From positions 5,165 through 69,164 of the forward strand of contig JBCECL010000004.1 in assembly GCA_039207135.1 (NCBI GenBank): a stretch of 64,000 nt of DNA. Reading direction: 5' to 3'. Position 1 is the stretch's first letter. Every line of letters begins with the position of its first letter. Shown one piece after another: positions 1-10,339 of the stretch. This DNA comes from Brevundimonas sp. Lineage in GTDB: Bacteria > Actinomycetota > Actinomycetes > Actinomycetales > Cellulomonadaceae. The position numbers and the translations under genes are program-made. The notes beneath the pieces are model-generated. The model made no database searches, had not been told where the DNA came from, and saw nothing but the letters and a program-made list of their open reading frames with translations.

Positions 1-9
1 CCGCACCGC

Positions 10-513
10 ATGGCGTACATCCAGGGCGAGGGCAAGCCGGCCGACAAGGAGGCAGGGCCGGGCTGCCCGTTCTGCCGCGTCTCCGACGTGTCCGACGAGG
101 ACGCGTTGGTGGTCGCGCGCGGCGAGACGGCGTTCGTCGTCCTGAACCTCTACCCCTACAACTCGGGCCACCTGCTCGTGTGCCCGTACCGGCACGTCGC
201 GGACTACACGGAGCTGACCTCGCAAGAGGTCGCAGAGGTGGCGGAGCTGACGCGCGTCGCGATGCGGGTGATCCGTGCGGTGTCGGCTCCCGCCGGCTTC
301 AACCTGGGCATGAACCAGGGTGAGGTGGCCGGCGCGGGCATCGACGCGCACCTGCACCAGCACGTCGTGCCGCGATGGCGTGGGGACGCCAACTTCCTGC
401 CGGTCGTGGCGCGCACGCGCGCGATGCCCGAGCTGCTGGCCGACACTCGTGCTCGGCTGGCCGCCGCCTGGCCCGCCGAGCACCCGAGCGAAGGGACGAC
501 CGCGTCGTGCTGA
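10..513 (+). CDS. HIT-family nucleotide hydrolase/phosphorylase (Ap4A phosphorylase-like, Rv2613c-type)
   Basis: 167-aa ORF with the histidine triad HLHQHVVPR and a CPFC motif. It heads the conserved HIT-pgsA1-patA-pimA operon. Confidence 0.85.
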   Translation: MAYIQGEGKPADKEAGPGCPFCRVSDVSDEDALVVARGETAFVVLNLYPYNSGHLLVCPYRHVADYTELTSQEVAEVAELTRVAMRVIRAVSAPAGFNLGMNQGEVAGAGIDAHLHQHVVPRWRGDANFLPVVARTRAMPELLADTRARLAAAWPAEHPSEGTTASC

Positions 514-1118
514 ACCGACTCCGTGGGGCGATGACCCGCATCTTCACGCCGGTCGCCGACAGGCTGCTGGGCTGGGGGATCTCGCCCGATGCGGTGACCA
601 TCACCGGCACGCTCATCGTCGTCGTGACGGCGCTGTGGGCCTTCCCGACGGGCAACCTCCTGCTCGGTTCGCTGATCATCGCGTTCTTCGCGCTGACCGA
701 CTCGCTCGACGGCGTGATGGCGCGCCGCGCGGGTCGCGCCGGTCCCTGGGGTGCGTTCCTGGACTCGACGCTCGACCGGTTCGCCGACGCGGCGATCTTC
801 GCGGGGCTCCTGCTCTGGTACTTCGGCGAGGGCGACTCGACCCCCGCCGCGTCGCTCGCGCTCACCTGCCTGATCCTCGGCTCGATCGTGCCCTACGCGC
901 GGGCCCGCGCCGAGGGCCTCGGCATGACGGCGTCCGGCGGGATCGCCGAGCGCGCCGACCGGCTGTTCGCCGTGCTGATCGCCAGCGCGCTCGTCGGGAT
1001 CGGGCTGCCCGACGCGGTCCTGGTCGTCGTCCTCGCGCTGCTGGCTCTCGCGTCGGCCGTGACCGTGGTGCAGCGCATGGCGATGGTGCACCGCCAGGCC
1101 ACGGCGGTCGCCGAATGA
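507..1118 (+). CDS. pgsA1: CDP-alcohol phosphatidyltransferase (phosphatidylinositol phosphate synthase)
   Basis: Carries the motif DSLDGVMARR..GAFLDSTLDRFAD and several TM helices. GTG 507 overlaps the HIT stop (alternative ATG at 531). The track start at 375 is an in-frame upstream extension. Confidence 0.85.
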   Translation: MLNRLRGAMTRIFTPVADRLLGWGISPDAVTITGTLIVVVTALWAFPTGNLLLGSLIIAFFALTDSLDGVMARRAGRAGPWGAFLDSTLDRFADAAIFAGLLLWYFGEGDSTPAASLALTCLILGSIVPYARARAEGLGMTASGGIAERADRLFAVLIASALVGIGLPDAVLVVVLALLALASAVTVVQRMAMVHRQATAVAE

Positions 1119-2071
1119 GCCTGGACGTCGCCGGCCTCTACAAGTTCGCCTGGCGCGTGGCCGGCCGGCTCCCGGGCTGGCTCGTGCGCGGACTGACCAA
1201 CGCTGCCGCCGACGTGTCCTGGGCGCTGGGCCGCGGGGGCGTGCGACAGCTCGAGTCGAACTACGCGCGCGTGCGTCCCGATCTCGACGCCCGCGCCGTG
1301 CGCCGCCTCAGCCGGCTCGGTATGCGCTCGTACATGCGCTACTTCGGCGAGGCCTTCACGATGCGCTCGCTCACGTGGGAGCAGATCGACGCGCGCGTCC
1401 GTGCCACCGGGACCGAGCCGCTGCGTGCCGTGCTCGCCGAGGGCCGAGCGGTCGGCATGGCGCTCGGCCACCTCGGCAACTGGGACCTCGCGGGAGCGTG
1501 GGCGACCAAGGCCCTCGCACCCGTCACCACGGTGGCCGAGCGGCTCAAGCCCGAGGAGCTCTTCCAGGAGTTCCTGGCGTTCCGCGAGAGCATCGGGCTG
1601 CGCATCCTGGCGCTCGGGGACGGTGACGTCTTCCGCGAGCTGGTCAGGACGGCTCGCTCCGGCCCCTGCCTGCTCCCGTTGCTCGCAGACCGGGACCTGA
1701 CGGCCAAGGGCATCGAGGTCGACTTCGCCGGGAACCGTGCACGCGTCGCCGCGGGGCCGGCGGCGCTCGCCGTGGCCTCGAAGGCGGTGCTCGTCTCGAC
1801 CGTCATCACGTACGAGCGGCTGCACGGTGACCGCCGGCGCGCGGCGGGCACGCCGTGGGGGATCCACATCCAGTTCGGCGCCCCCCTCGAGGTGCCGGCC
1901 GACGTGCCGCGCTCCGAGCAGGTGGCCGTGCTCACGCAGGCGTGGGTCGACGAGCTCGCGGCGGGCATCCAGGCCGAGCCGCAGGACTGGCACATGCTGC
2001 AGAAGGTCTTCATCGCCGACCTCGACCCCGCCAGGTACGCGGCCACGGTCGGTCGGGGGGAGAGCGCATGA
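1115..2071 (+). CDS. patA: HtrB/LpxL-type acyltransferase (phosphatidylinositol mannoside acyltransferase)
   Basis: Starts MSLDVAGLYKF and has the HX4D motif HLGNWD. An ATGA overlap joins it to the pgsA1 stop. Its position matches Rv2611c. Confidence 0.85.
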   Translation: MSLDVAGLYKFAWRVAGRLPGWLVRGLTNAAADVSWALGRGGVRQLESNYARVRPDLDARAVRRLSRLGMRSYMRYFGEAFTMRSLTWEQIDARVRATGTEPLRAVLAEGRAVGMALGHLGNWDLAGAWATKALAPVTTVAERLKPEELFQEFLAFRESIGLRILALGDGDVFRELVRTARSGPCLLPLLADRDLTAKGIEVDFAGNRARVAAGPAALAVASKAVLVSTVITYERLHGDRRRAAGTPWGIHIQFGAPLEVPADVPRSEQVAVLTQAWVDELAAGIQAEPQDWHMLQKVFIADLDPARYAATVGRGESA

Positions 2072-3288
2072 GCACGCCGTCGGTGCGCCCGCTGCGGGTG
2101 GGGATCGTCTGCCCGTACTCCTTCGACGTGCCCGGTGGCGTGCAGTTCCACGTGCGCGACCTCGCCGAGGCCCTGATGGCCCGCGGCCACACGGTCTCGG
2201 TCCTCGCGCCCGCCGACGACGAAACCCCCGTCCCGCCGTACCTGACCGCGGCGGGGCGCGCCGTTCCCGTCCGGTACAACGGGTCGGTCGCGCGGCTCTC
2301 GTTCGGTCCCGTCACGGCTGCTCGCGCGCGCAAGTGGCTCGCGGCCGGGCAGTTCGACGTGCTGCACCTGCACGAGCCCGTGACGCCCAGCCTGTCGATG
2401 CTCGCGCTCTGGATCGCCGACGGCCCCGTCGTGGCGACGTTCCACACCTCGATGACGCGATCGCGTCCGTTGCAGGTCGCGTTCCCGCTCGTGCGGCAGT
2501 CGATGGAGAAGATCGCCGCGCGCATCGCGGTCTCCGAGGACGCGCGTCGCACGCTCGTCGAGCACCTCGGCGGCGACGCGGTCGTCATCCCCAACGGCGT
2601 CTACGTCGACGCGTTCGCCGCGGCCGAGCCCGACCCGCGCTGGACGGGCACCGCGGAGCGGCCGACGCTGGCCTTCCTGGGGCGCCTGGACGAGAGCCGC
2701 AAGGGTCTGGCGGTCATGCTCGGCGCGGTCGCGCACGTGCTGGAGCACGTGCCGGGCGCCCGGTTCCTGGTCGCCGGACGCGGCGAGACAGGCGAGCAGC
2801 AGGCTCGCGAGATCCTCGGCGACAAGGCCGGAGCGGTCGAGTTCCTGGGCGGTGTCTCGGACGAGGACAAGGCTCGGCTCCTCGCGTCGGTCGACGTCTA
2901 CATCGCGCCGCAGACGGGTGGCGAGAGCTTCGGGATCGTGCTCGTCGAGGCGATGAGCGCCGGTGCCGCGGTCGTCGCGAGCGACCTCGGCGCGTTCTCG
3001 CGCGTGCTCGACGACGGCGCGGCGGGCGTCCTGTTCCGCACGGGCGACTCGGCCGACCTGGCTCGCACGCTCGTCGAGGTCCTCGCGGACCCGGAGCGGC
3101 GCGCGCAGGTCGAGGCTCGCGCCAGCTCCGTGGTGCGCAGGTACGACTGGTCCGCGGTCACCGACCAGGTGCTCGCCGTGTACGAGATGGCCGTCGCCGG
3201 CCGGGACGCGCCTGTCGGCGAGGACCCCTCCTCGCTGCGTGGCGCGCGGTTGCTCGAGCTCCGGCGCGGGTGGGGTGAGGGCCGATGA
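2068..3288 (+). CDS. pimA: GT4 glycosyltransferase (phosphatidylinositol alpha-mannosyltransferase)
   Basis: Starts MSTPSVRPLRVGIVCPYSFDVPGGVQFHV and has the EX7E region ESFGIVLVEAMSAG. An ATGA overlap joins it to the patA stop. Confidence 0.9.
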   Translation: MSTPSVRPLRVGIVCPYSFDVPGGVQFHVRDLAEALMARGHTVSVLAPADDETPVPPYLTAAGRAVPVRYNGSVARLSFGPVTAARARKWLAAGQFDVLHLHEPVTPSLSMLALWIADGPVVATFHTSMTRSRPLQVAFPLVRQSMEKIAARIAVSEDARRTLVEHLGGDAVVIPNGVYVDAFAAAEPDPRWTGTAERPTLAFLGRLDESRKGLAVMLGAVAHVLEHVPGARFLVAGRGETGEQQAREILGDKAGAVEFLGGVSDEDKARLLASVDVYIAPQTGGESFGIVLVEAMSAGAAVVASDLGAFSRVLDDGAAGVLFRTGDSADLARTLVEVLADPERRAQVEARASSVVRRYDWSAVTDQVLAVYEMAVAGRDAPVGEDPSSLRGARLLELRRGWGEGR

Positions 3289-3962
3289 CGTGGTCGGAGA
3301 TCGGGTTCGTCGTCCTCGCGGCCGTCGCGATCGTCGCCTGGTGGCTGTGGGTCACGGCTTCACGCCTCGACCGGTTGCACCGCAAGGTGGGCGCGGCGCG
3401 CGCTGTGGTCGACACGCAGCTCGTGCGTCGCGCCACGGTCGCGGCGGAGCTCGCGACGTCGTCGCTGCTCGACCCGGTCAGCTCCGTGCTCGTCGGCGAG
3501 GCCGCGTGGGCTGCGCTGGCGGCCGGCGGGAGCGACGCCGAGACGACGCCGGGGATGCCCGTCGAGCTGCGCGAGCTGCTCGCCGCAGACCCGCGCGATC
3601 CGATCACGCAGTCGTCGCTCGCCCAGCGGATCTCGGAGCGCGGGCGCATCGAGAGCGAGCTGTCCGCGACGCTGCGCGAGGTGCTGTCCGACGAGTCCGA
3701 GGTGGCGGCCATCCGCGCCGAGCCCGGCGGCGAGGAGGTCTTCGACGACCTCGGCTCCGCCTGGTACCGGGTGCAGCTCTCGCGCCGGTTCCACAACGAG
3801 GCGGTCGCGCAGACCCGCCGCATGCGCCGCGGCGTGCTGGTCCGCGCCTTGCGGCTCGCCGGTCACGCCCCCGAGCCGCAGACGCTCGAGCTCGACGACG
3901 AGTGGCCCGACGCGCTCGGCCGGCCCGGCGTGCGCTCGTCCGAGGCGCTGGGCGGCGGCTGA
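3285..3962 (+). CDS. N-terminally membrane-anchored hypothetical protein with weak LemA-like helical region
   Basis: One N-terminal TM helix (GFVVLAAVAIVAWWLWV). The segments RLDRLHRKVGAARAVVDTQL and RRFHNEAVAQTRR resemble LemA. An ATGA overlap joins it to the pimA stop. Confidence 0.6.
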   Translation: MTWSEIGFVVLAAVAIVAWWLWVTASRLDRLHRKVGAARAVVDTQLVRRATVAAELATSSLLDPVSSVLVGEAAWAALAAGGSDAETTPGMPVELRELLAADPRDPITQSSLAQRISERGRIESELSATLREVLSDESEVAAIRAEPGGEEVFDDLGSAWYRVQLSRRFHNEAVAQTRRMRRGVLVRALRLAGHAPEPQTLELDDEWPDALGRPGVRSSEALGGG

Positions 3963-4055
3963 GACGGCTCCCGGGCCGCGCTCGCCACGGACTACGATGA
4001 AGAGCGGGCCCCCGGCGGCCCCTCCCACACCGCACCATGATCTGTGAGGCTTGTC

Positions 4056-4958
4056 GTGACCAGCGAGAACACCCAGCCCACCACCGGCACCGCACGCGTG
4101 AAGCGCGGCATGGCCGAGATGCTCAAGGGCGGCGTCATCATGGACGTCGTCACCGCTGAGCAGGCCAAGATCGCCGAGGACGCCGGCGCGGTCGCCGTGA
4201 TGGCGCTCGAGCGGGTCCCCGCGGACATCCGCGCACAGGGCGGCGTCGCGCGCATGAGCGACCCGGACCTGATCGACGGCATCATCGAGGCCGTGTCCAT
4301 CCCCGTGATGGCCAAGGCGCGCATCGGCCACTTCGTCGAGGCGCAGGTGCTGCAGTCGCTCGGCGTCGACTACATCGACGAGTCCGAGGTGCTGACCCCC
4401 GCGGACTACGCGCACCACATCGACAAGTGGGCCTTCACGGCTCCCTTCGTCTGCGGCGCCACCAACCTCGGCGAGGCGCTGCGCCGCATCACCGAGGGCG
4501 CGGCGATGATCCGCTCCAAGGGTGAGGCCGGCACGGGCGACGTCTCGAACGCCACGACCCACATGCGCACGCTGCGTGACCAGATCCGTCGCCTGACCTC
4601 GCTGCCCGAGGACGAGCTGTTCGTCGCGGCCAAGGAGCTGCAGGCGCCGTACGACCTCGTCAAGGAGGTCGCCGAGCTCGGCAAGCTCCCCGTCGTCCTG
4701 TTCACCGCCGGCGGCATCGCGACCCCCGCGGACGCGGCGATGATGATGCAGCTCGGCGCCGAGGGTGTGTTCGTCGGCTCCGGCATCTTCAAGTCGGGCA
4801 ACCCGGCCGAGCGTGCCGCGGCGATCGTCAAGGCGACGACGTTCTTCGACGACCCCGACGTGATCGCCAAGGTCTCGCGCGGCCTGGGTGAGGCCATGGT
4901 CGGCATCAACGTCGAGGACGTCCCGGAGCCGCACCGCCTCGCCGAGCGCGGTTGGTGA
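4056..4958 (+). CDS. pdxS: Pyridoxal 5'-phosphate synthase lyase subunit
   Basis: Contains [48 protein letters not shown] 4056 is preferred over GTG 4044; the true start is uncertain by 12 nt. Confidence 0.95.
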   Translation: MTSENTQPTTGTARVKRGMAEMLKGGVIMDVVTAEQAKIAEDAGAVAVMALERVPADIRAQGGVARMSDPDLIDGIIEAVSIPVMAKARIGHFVEAQVLQSLGVDYIDESEVLTPADYAHHIDKWAFTAPFVCGATNLGEALRRITEGAAMIRSKGEAGTGDVSNATTHMRTLRDQIRRLTSLPEDELFVAAKELQAPYDLVKEVAELGKLPVVLFTAGGIATPADAAMMMQLGAEGVFVGSGIFKSGNPAERAAAIVKATTFFDDPDVIAKVSRGLGEAMVGINVEDVPEPHRLAERGW

Positions 4959-5545
4959 CCTCGCACGACGCAGCGCCGGAGGCCGTGGGCGACGAACCGC
5001 CCGCGGCCTCCGGCGCGCTGCCTGCCGACTGGGTGCGGGGCGCCGACGGGCTGCTGTTCCGGCGAGCCGCCCGGGTGATCCTGCTCGACGAGCAGGACCG
5101 CGTCCTGCTGATCCGCGGGCACGACCAGGACCAGCCCGAGCGCTCCTGGTGGTTCACGATCGGCGGCGGGATCGACGCGGGGGAGACCGCGCTCGAGGCG
5201 GCGCTGCGCGAGGTGCACGAGGAGACGGGGATCTCGCTCGTTCCTGACTCGCTCGTCGGCCCGGTCTTCACGCGGTCGGCGATCTTCGACTTCTTCCGTG
5301 AGCACTGCCGGCAGGACGAGCAGATCTTCCTGGCTCGCGTGCACTCGACCGCGTTCGTCGGGATCGACCGGGCGGGTTGGACGGCGCTCGAGCACGACGT
5401 GATCGACGAGCTCGCCTGGTGGTCGCTCGACGAGCTCGCTCGCGTCGAGCTCGAGGTCTTCCCCGAGGGGCTCGACGCCCTCGTTCGGCCGCTGCTGGAC
5501 GGGTGGGACGGGCGCACCGTCCACCTGGGCCTCGCGCGCGAGTAG
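4952..5545 (+). CDS. NUDIX hydrolase
   Basis: Nudix box [24 protein letters not shown]. The start is TTG 4952 or GTG 4955, and either overlaps the pdxS stop. Confidence 0.85.
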   Translation: MVTSHDAAPEAVGDEPPAASGALPADWVRGADGLLFRRAARVILLDEQDRVLLIRGHDQDQPERSWWFTIGGGIDAGETALEAALREVHEETGISLVPDSLVGPVFTRSAIFDFFREHCRQDEQIFLARVHSTAFVGIDRAGWTALEHDVIDELAWWSLDELARVELEVFPEGLDALVRPLLDGWDGRTVHLGLARE

Positions 5546-5580
5546 TCCTCAGGTCAGTCCTCAGGTCAGTCCTCAGGTCA
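5546..5580. repeat. Tandem 12-nt repeat TCCTCAGGTCAG x 2.9
   Basis: Read directly: tcctcaggtcag tcctcaggtcag tcctcaggtca, lying between the convergent NUDIX and kynureninase genes. The third copy contains the kynureninase stop codon (5573-5575). Confidence 0.95.
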
Positions 5581-6802
5581 CCGTGCTGCGGCGCGCGTAG
5601 GCGGGATCGAGGTGCTCGCCCGCGGCGAGCACGCCAGCAAGGTGCTCGGCCGCCCTGAGCATGTCGGCGTGCGTGAGGTACGGCGCCGCGACGCCGAGCC
5701 GGACGATGTCCGGGGCCCGGAAGTCGCCGACCACGCCGCGCGCGATGAGCGCCTGCACCACGCCGTAGGCGTCCGGGTGCCGCAGCGCGACCTGGGAACC
5801 CCGGATCGCGTCGTCGGCCGGTGACGCGTACTGCGACCCGGGCACGAGCGCGTCGATGCACGTGCGCAGGAACGTCGTCAGCGACAGCGACCGCGCGCGG
5901 ATCGCGTCGAGCTCGACCCGGTCGAAGACGCCGAGGGCGGACTCGAGGGCGATCATCGACAGCATCGGCGGCGTACCGATGCGCGCGCGGTCGATCCCGT
6001 CCGCGGGGCGGTACTCGCCGCTCATCGCGAACGGCTGCGCGTGGCCGTGCCAGCCGGGCACGACGTTCTCGAACGCGGCCTGATGGGCCGCGGCGACGTA
6101 CAGGAACGCGGGCGCGCCGGGTCCGCCGTTGAGGTACTTGTAGCCGCAGCCGACGGCGAGGTCGACGTCGTTCGCCGCCAGGCCGACGGGAACTGCGCCG
6201 GCCGAGTGGCACAGGTCCCACACCGCCAACGCGCCCGCCTCGTGCGCCGCCCGCGTCACGGCCGCGAGGTCCCACAGGCGTCCCGTGCGGTAGTCCACGT
6301 GCGAGTAGACGACTGCTGCGACGTCCTGCGTGCCCCTCAGGCGTGCCGCGGCGTCGTCGGGCGAGACGTGCTCGACCCGCAACCCGCGCTGGGCCGCGAC
6401 GCCGTCCAGGACGTACAGGTCGGTCGGGAACGTGTCGGGGTCGGCGAGCACGACCCGCCGACCGGGGCGCAGGTCCGCGACCGCGTGCAGGGCCTGGTGG
6501 AGCCGGACGGTCGTCGAGTCGCCGACGACGACGGTCCCGGGCGCAGCCCCGACGATCGCGGCGACCGCGTCGCCCACCCGGCGCGGCGCGTCCCACCAGC
6601 CGTGCACGTTCCACGCCGCGACGAGGTCCTGACCCCACTGCTGCTCGACGCCGGCTCGAACGGCGTCGGGGACAGAGCGCGGCAGCGCGCCCAGGGAGTT
6701 GCCGTCGAGGTAGACGAGGTCGTCCGGCAGGACGAACAGCTCGCGCAGGTCGGTCGCGGCGTGCGTCGCGTCGAGCGCGGCCGCCAGTTCGCTGAGGCTC
6801 AC
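5573..6802 (-). CDS. kynU: Kynureninase (PLP-dependent, class V aminotransferase fold)
   Basis: Contains LVYLDGNSLGALP..QWGQDLVAAW..AVWDLCHSAGAVP..GCGYKYLNGGPGAPAF. GTG 6802 is preferred; the track start at 6895 adds an Arg/Ser-rich extension. Confidence 0.85.
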   Translation of the reverse strand: MSLSELAAALDATHAATDLRELFVLPDDLVYLDGNSLGALPRSVPDAVRAGVEQQWGQDLVAAWNVHGWWDAPRRVGDAVAAIVGAAPGTVVVGDSTTVRLHQALHAVADLRPGRRVVLADPDTFPTDLYVLDGVAAQRGLRVEHVSPDDAAARLRGTQDVAAVVYSHVDYRTGRLWDLAAVTRAAHEAGALAVWDLCHSAGAVPVGLAANDVDLAVGCGYKYLNGGPGAPAFLYVAAAHQAAFENVVPGWHGHAQPFAMSGEYRPADGIDRARIGTPPMLSMIALESALGVFDRVELDAIRARSLSLTTFLRTCIDALVPGSQYASPADDAIRGSQVALRHPDAYGVVQALIARGVVGDFRAPDIVRLGVAAPYLTHADMLRAAEHLAGVLAAGEHLDPAYARRSTVT

Positions 6803-6870
6803 GCGACCGGAGCCTACGCGTCGTACCGCTCGGTAACTTGCGCGTGACCTTGCGGGGCTACGGTCAGGTG

Positions 6871-8052
6871 ATGGCCTCCGTATCGTCGTCGGCACCCAGT
6901 GCCTCGATCCCTCGTTCCGGCATCCGCACCCTCATGGAGCTGGCGCTGCGCGACCCGGACGCGATCCACCTGGAGATCGGCGAGCCCGACGCCCAGCCCG
7001 CGGACCACGTGGTCGAGGCAGCCGCCCGGGCGGCCCGGGACGGTCGTACCGGCTACACGTCGAGCCTGGGCGTGGGCACCCTGCGGGAGGTCGCGGCGGA
7101 CCGCATCGTGCGGCGCAACGGGTTGGCCGCGACGCCGGCTCAGGTCGTCGTGACGCACGGCGCGATGCACGGCCTCGCGATGACCATGGCCGCGCTGCTG
7201 GCGCCCGGCGACGAGATCCTCGTGCCGGACCCGATGTTCCCCAACTGGGCGATGGCGGCGGCGGCCGTGGGCGCTCGTGTGGTGACGTACCCGACCAGGG
7301 CGTCGGACGGGTTCGTGCCGCGCGTCGAGGACGTCGAGCGGGCGGTGACGCCCCGCACGCGCGCCGTCATCGTGTGCTCGCCGAACAACCCGACCGGGGC
7401 CGTGTACCCGGCGTCCGTCCTCGAGCAGCTCGTCGAGACGGCGCGGCGGCACGACCTGTGGGTGCTGTCCGACGAGTGCTACGAGGCGATCACGTTCGGG
7501 GTCCCGCACGTCAGCGCGGCGTCGTTCGACACGGACGGCCGCGTGCTGACGTTCTTCAGCCTCTCGAAGGCGTACGCGATGACGGGGTGGCGGATCGGGT
7601 ACGCGCTCGTCCCGGACGCTGCGGTTGTCGAGCGGCTGGGCCACCTCGCCGAGGCGAGCATCGCGTGCCCGTCCGCCCCCGGGCAGTACGCGGCGATCGC
7701 CGCGCTCACCGGTCCGCAGGAGCACGTGCACGCGGCCGTCGAGTCGTACTGGGACCGGCGCGACCTGGCCGTCGAGCAGCTGCGTGCGTGCGGCGTCCGG
7801 ATCGTCGAGCCCGAGGGTGCCTTCTACCTGATGGCCGACGTCGGCGTCGAGGACACCGACGCGTTCGCTCTGCACCTGCTCGCGCGCAGGCACGTGGCCG
7901 TCGCGCCGGGTGCGACGTTCGGCCACGCGTCGGCCGGGATGGTGCGCATCAGCCTCGCCGCCCCGCGTGACCTGCTCGTCGAAGGGCTCGCGCGCCTTGC
8001 CGACGAGGTGGCGTCGTCGACCGTGGACGCCTCGCGGATCGCGGTCCGGTGA
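6871..8052 (+). CDS. Class I/II PLP-dependent aminotransferase (aspartate aminotransferase-like)
   Basis: Contains [11 protein letters not shown] and [15 protein letters not shown] (PLP-lysine motif). It is divergent from kynU across a 68-bp gap. Confidence 0.85.
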   Translation: MASVSSSAPSASIPRSGIRTLMELALRDPDAIHLEIGEPDAQPADHVVEAAARAARDGRTGYTSSLGVGTLREVAADRIVRRNGLAATPAQVVVTHGAMHGLAMTMAALLAPGDEILVPDPMFPNWAMAAAAVGARVVTYPTRASDGFVPRVEDVERAVTPRTRAVIVCSPNNPTGAVYPASVLEQLVETARRHDLWVLSDECYEAITFGVPHVSAASFDTDGRVLTFFSLSKAYAMTGWRIGYALVPDAAVVERLGHLAEASIACPSAPGQYAAIAALTGPQEHVHAAVESYWDRRDLAVEQLRACGVRIVEPEGAFYLMADVGVEDTDAFALHLLARRHVAVAPGATFGHASAGMVRISLAAPRDLLVEGLARLADEVASSTVDASRIAVR

Positions 8053-8081
8053 TCGCGTCGGGCAACCTAGGATGGCGCACC

Positions 8082-8681
8082 GTGAACCCCACGATCGGAG
8101 TGCTCGCACTGCAGGGAGACGTGCGCGAGCACGTCCACGCGCTCGAGGCGGTCGGCGCCACCGCGGTGGGCGTCCGTCGCCGTTCGGAGCTCGACGCCGT
8201 CGACGCCCTGGTGATCCCCGGGGGCGAGTCGACCACGATCGACAAGCTGCTGCGCGCGTTCGAGCTGTTCGAGCCGATCCAGCAGCGTCTGCGTGACGGG
8301 ATGCCCGCGTACGGGTCGTGCGCCGGGATGATCCTGCTCGCCGACCGTGTGCTCGGCGGGATCGAGGGGCAGCAGACGCTCGGCGGCGTCGACGTCACGG
8401 TGCGCCGCAACGCGTTCGGACGCCAGGTCGACTCGTTCGAGACGGACCTCGCGCTCGAGGGGGTCGACGGTCCGCTGCACGCCGTGTTCATCCGGGCGCC
8501 GTGGGTCGAGGAGGTGGGCCCGGCCGCGCGGGTCGTCGGCCGCGTGGAATCCGGGCCCGCCGCCGGTAGGATCGTTGCGGTCCGTCAGGGGCCCCTGCTC
8601 GTGACCTCGTTCCATCCGGAGGTCACCGGGGACACCCGCGTGCACCAGTCGTTCGTGCAGATCGTCCGCGAGAGCCTGTGA
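8082..8681 (+). CDS. pdxT: Pyridoxal 5'-phosphate synthase glutaminase subunit
   Basis: Contains [28 protein letters not shown] and FHPE. GTG 8082 is the preferred start. Confidence 0.93.
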   Translation: MNPTIGVLALQGDVREHVHALEAVGATAVGVRRRSELDAVDALVIPGGESTTIDKLLRAFELFEPIQQRLRDGMPAYGSCAGMILLADRVLGGIEGQQTLGGVDVTVRRNAFGRQVDSFETDLALEGVDGPLHAVFIRAPWVEEVGPAARVVGRVESGPAAGRIVAVRQGPLLVTSFHPEVTGDTRVHQSFVQIVRESL

Positions 8682-8682
8682 G

Positions 8683-8707
8683 CTCGCGGCCCGTCCGGGC
8701 CGCGGAG
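8683..8707 (+). terminator. GC-rich hairpin downstream of pdxT (no U-tract)
   Basis: CTCGCGGCCC gtcc GGGCCGCGGAG, a 10-bp stem with one bulge that begins 2 nt after the pdxT stop. Confidence 0.45.
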
Positions 8708-8745
8708 CAGGTTCGTCGACGGGGAGCAAAGGGGTAGCAGAGGCG

Positions 8746-9501
8746 ATGTCGGGTCACTCCAAGTGGGCCACCACCAAGCACAAGAAGGCCGTGGTCGACG
8801 CCAAGCGGAGCAAGCTCTTCGCGAAGCTCATCAAGAACATCGAGGTGGCCGCGCGCACCGGCGGCGGTGACCTCGCGGGCAACCCCACGCTGTTCGACGC
8901 GGTCCAGAAGGCCAAGAAGAGCTCGGTCCCGATCGACAACATCAACCGCGCCGTCAAGCGCGGGTCCGGCCAGGAGGCCGGGGGCGCCGACTACACGACG
9001 ATCATGTACGAGGGCTACGGCGCCGGCGGCATCGCCGTCCTGGTCGAGTGCCTCACGGACAACCGCAACCGTGCGGCCTCCGACGTCCGCGTCGCGTTCA
9101 CGCGCAACGGCGGCCAGATGGCCGACCCGGGCTCGGTCTCGTACCTGTTCTCCCGCAAGGGCGTCGTCATCGTGCCCAAGGAGGGCACGGACGAGGACGC
9201 CGTCATGGAGGCGGTCCTCGACGCCGGTGGCGAGGAGGTCAACGACCTCGGAGAGGCGTTCGAGATCCTGTCCGAGGCGACCGACCTCGTGCCCGTGCGC
9301 ACCGCGCTGCAGGAGGCCGGCATCGAGTACGACTCGGCCGACGTCGTCTTCTGGCCCGCGACCCAGATCGAGGTCGACGCCGAGGGCGCGCGCAAGATCC
9401 TGCGGCTGATCGACGCCCTCGAGGACTCCGACGACGTGCAGAACGTCTACGCGAACTTCGACGCCTCCGACGAGGTCATGGCCGAGCTCGAGAACGACTG
9501 A
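8746..9501 (+). CDS. yebC: YebC/PmpR-family transcriptional regulator
   Basis: Starts [37 protein letters not shown]. Confidence 0.95.
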   Translation: MSGHSKWATTKHKKAVVDAKRSKLFAKLIKNIEVAARTGGGDLAGNPTLFDAVQKAKKSSVPIDNINRAVKRGSGQEAGGADYTTIMYEGYGAGGIAVLVECLTDNRNRAASDVRVAFTRNGGQMADPGSVSYLFSRKGVVIVPKEGTDEDAVMEAVLDAGGEEVNDLGEAFEILSEATDLVPVRTALQEAGIEYDSADVVFWPATQIEVDAEGARKILRLIDALEDSDDVQNVYANFDASDEVMAELEND

Positions 9502-9642
9502 CGCCTCACCACCCACGAGCGCGCTTCCTTGCGCGCCGGCGACTCCCGTTCCGGGCGCGTTCGGCACGCGAGGGGGCGCGCTCGTGGCGTCGGTGGGCGT
9601 GTGCGCGGACGGTTGCGCGGTTCGGGGTGCGATGCTGCGACC

Positions 9643-10209
9643 GTGCGCGTGCTCGGAGTGGACCCTGGACTGACCCGGTGCGGTCTGGGCGTCGTCGACG
9701 GGTTGCCCGGCAGGCGATCGACCCTCGTGGCCGTGGGCGTCGCGCGCTCCGACCCGGCCGCCGAGGTCGACCAGCGCCTGCTCGTGATCGAGACGCAGAT
9801 CGAGGAGTGGCTCGAGACGTACGCGCCCGACACGGTCGCCGTCGAGCGCGTCTTCGCGCAGCACAACGTCAGCACGGTGATGGGCACGGCGCAGGTGGCC
9901 GGGATCGCGATGGTCGCCGCCGCCCGGCGCCGGATCCCCGTCGCGCTGCACACCCCGTCGGAGGTCAAGGCCGCCGTCACGGGAAACGGGCGCGCGGACA
10001 AGGTGCAGGTCCAGACGATGGTCGCGCGCCTGCTCTCGCTCGACGCGCTCCCCAAGCCCGCCGACGCGGCCGACGCGCTCGCCCTCGCGATCTGCCACCT
10101 GTGGCGACCGGCAGGCGCGTTGGGTGCGCCGCAGCGGGCGCCCGGGTCCCTGACGGCCGCGCAGCGGGCGTGGGCCGCGGCCGAGCAGGCGGCCCGGACG
10201 CGGCGGTAG
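9643..10209 (+). CDS. ruvC: Crossover junction endodeoxyribonuclease RuvC
   Basis: Starts [19 protein letters not shown]. The track start at 9529 adds an Arg/Gly-rich extension. Confidence 0.92.
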   Translation: MRVLGVDPGLTRCGLGVVDGLPGRRSTLVAVGVARSDPAAEVDQRLLVIETQIEEWLETYAPDTVAVERVFAQHNVSTVMGTAQVAGIAMVAAARRRIPVALHTPSEVKAAVTGNGRADKVQVQTMVARLLSLDALPKPADAADALALAICHLWRPAGALGAPQRAPGSLTAAQRAWAAAEQAARTRR

Positions 10210-10339
10210 CGCCTCGAACCGGTCCGACGCTGGACGACGACTCGCGCGGCGTGTGGTCGTACAGATGTTCGGATGGGTGTGGCAGGCTGGCACCGGTGCG
10301 CGGCAACTGCGCACAGGGGAGCGAGACGAGGAGGCGCGT

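Noticed and set aside
5546-5580. A possible CRISPR-like or regulatory repeat array.
   Set aside because: The units are only 12 nt long and directly abutting, with no spacers, and there are no cas genes. I kept it as a simple tandem repeat.
9502-9642. An SOS (LexA) box upstream of ruvC, as reported for some actinobacteria.
   Set aside because: No GAAC-N4-GTTC / TCGAAC-N4-GTTCGA-like palindrome is present in this gap on either strand.
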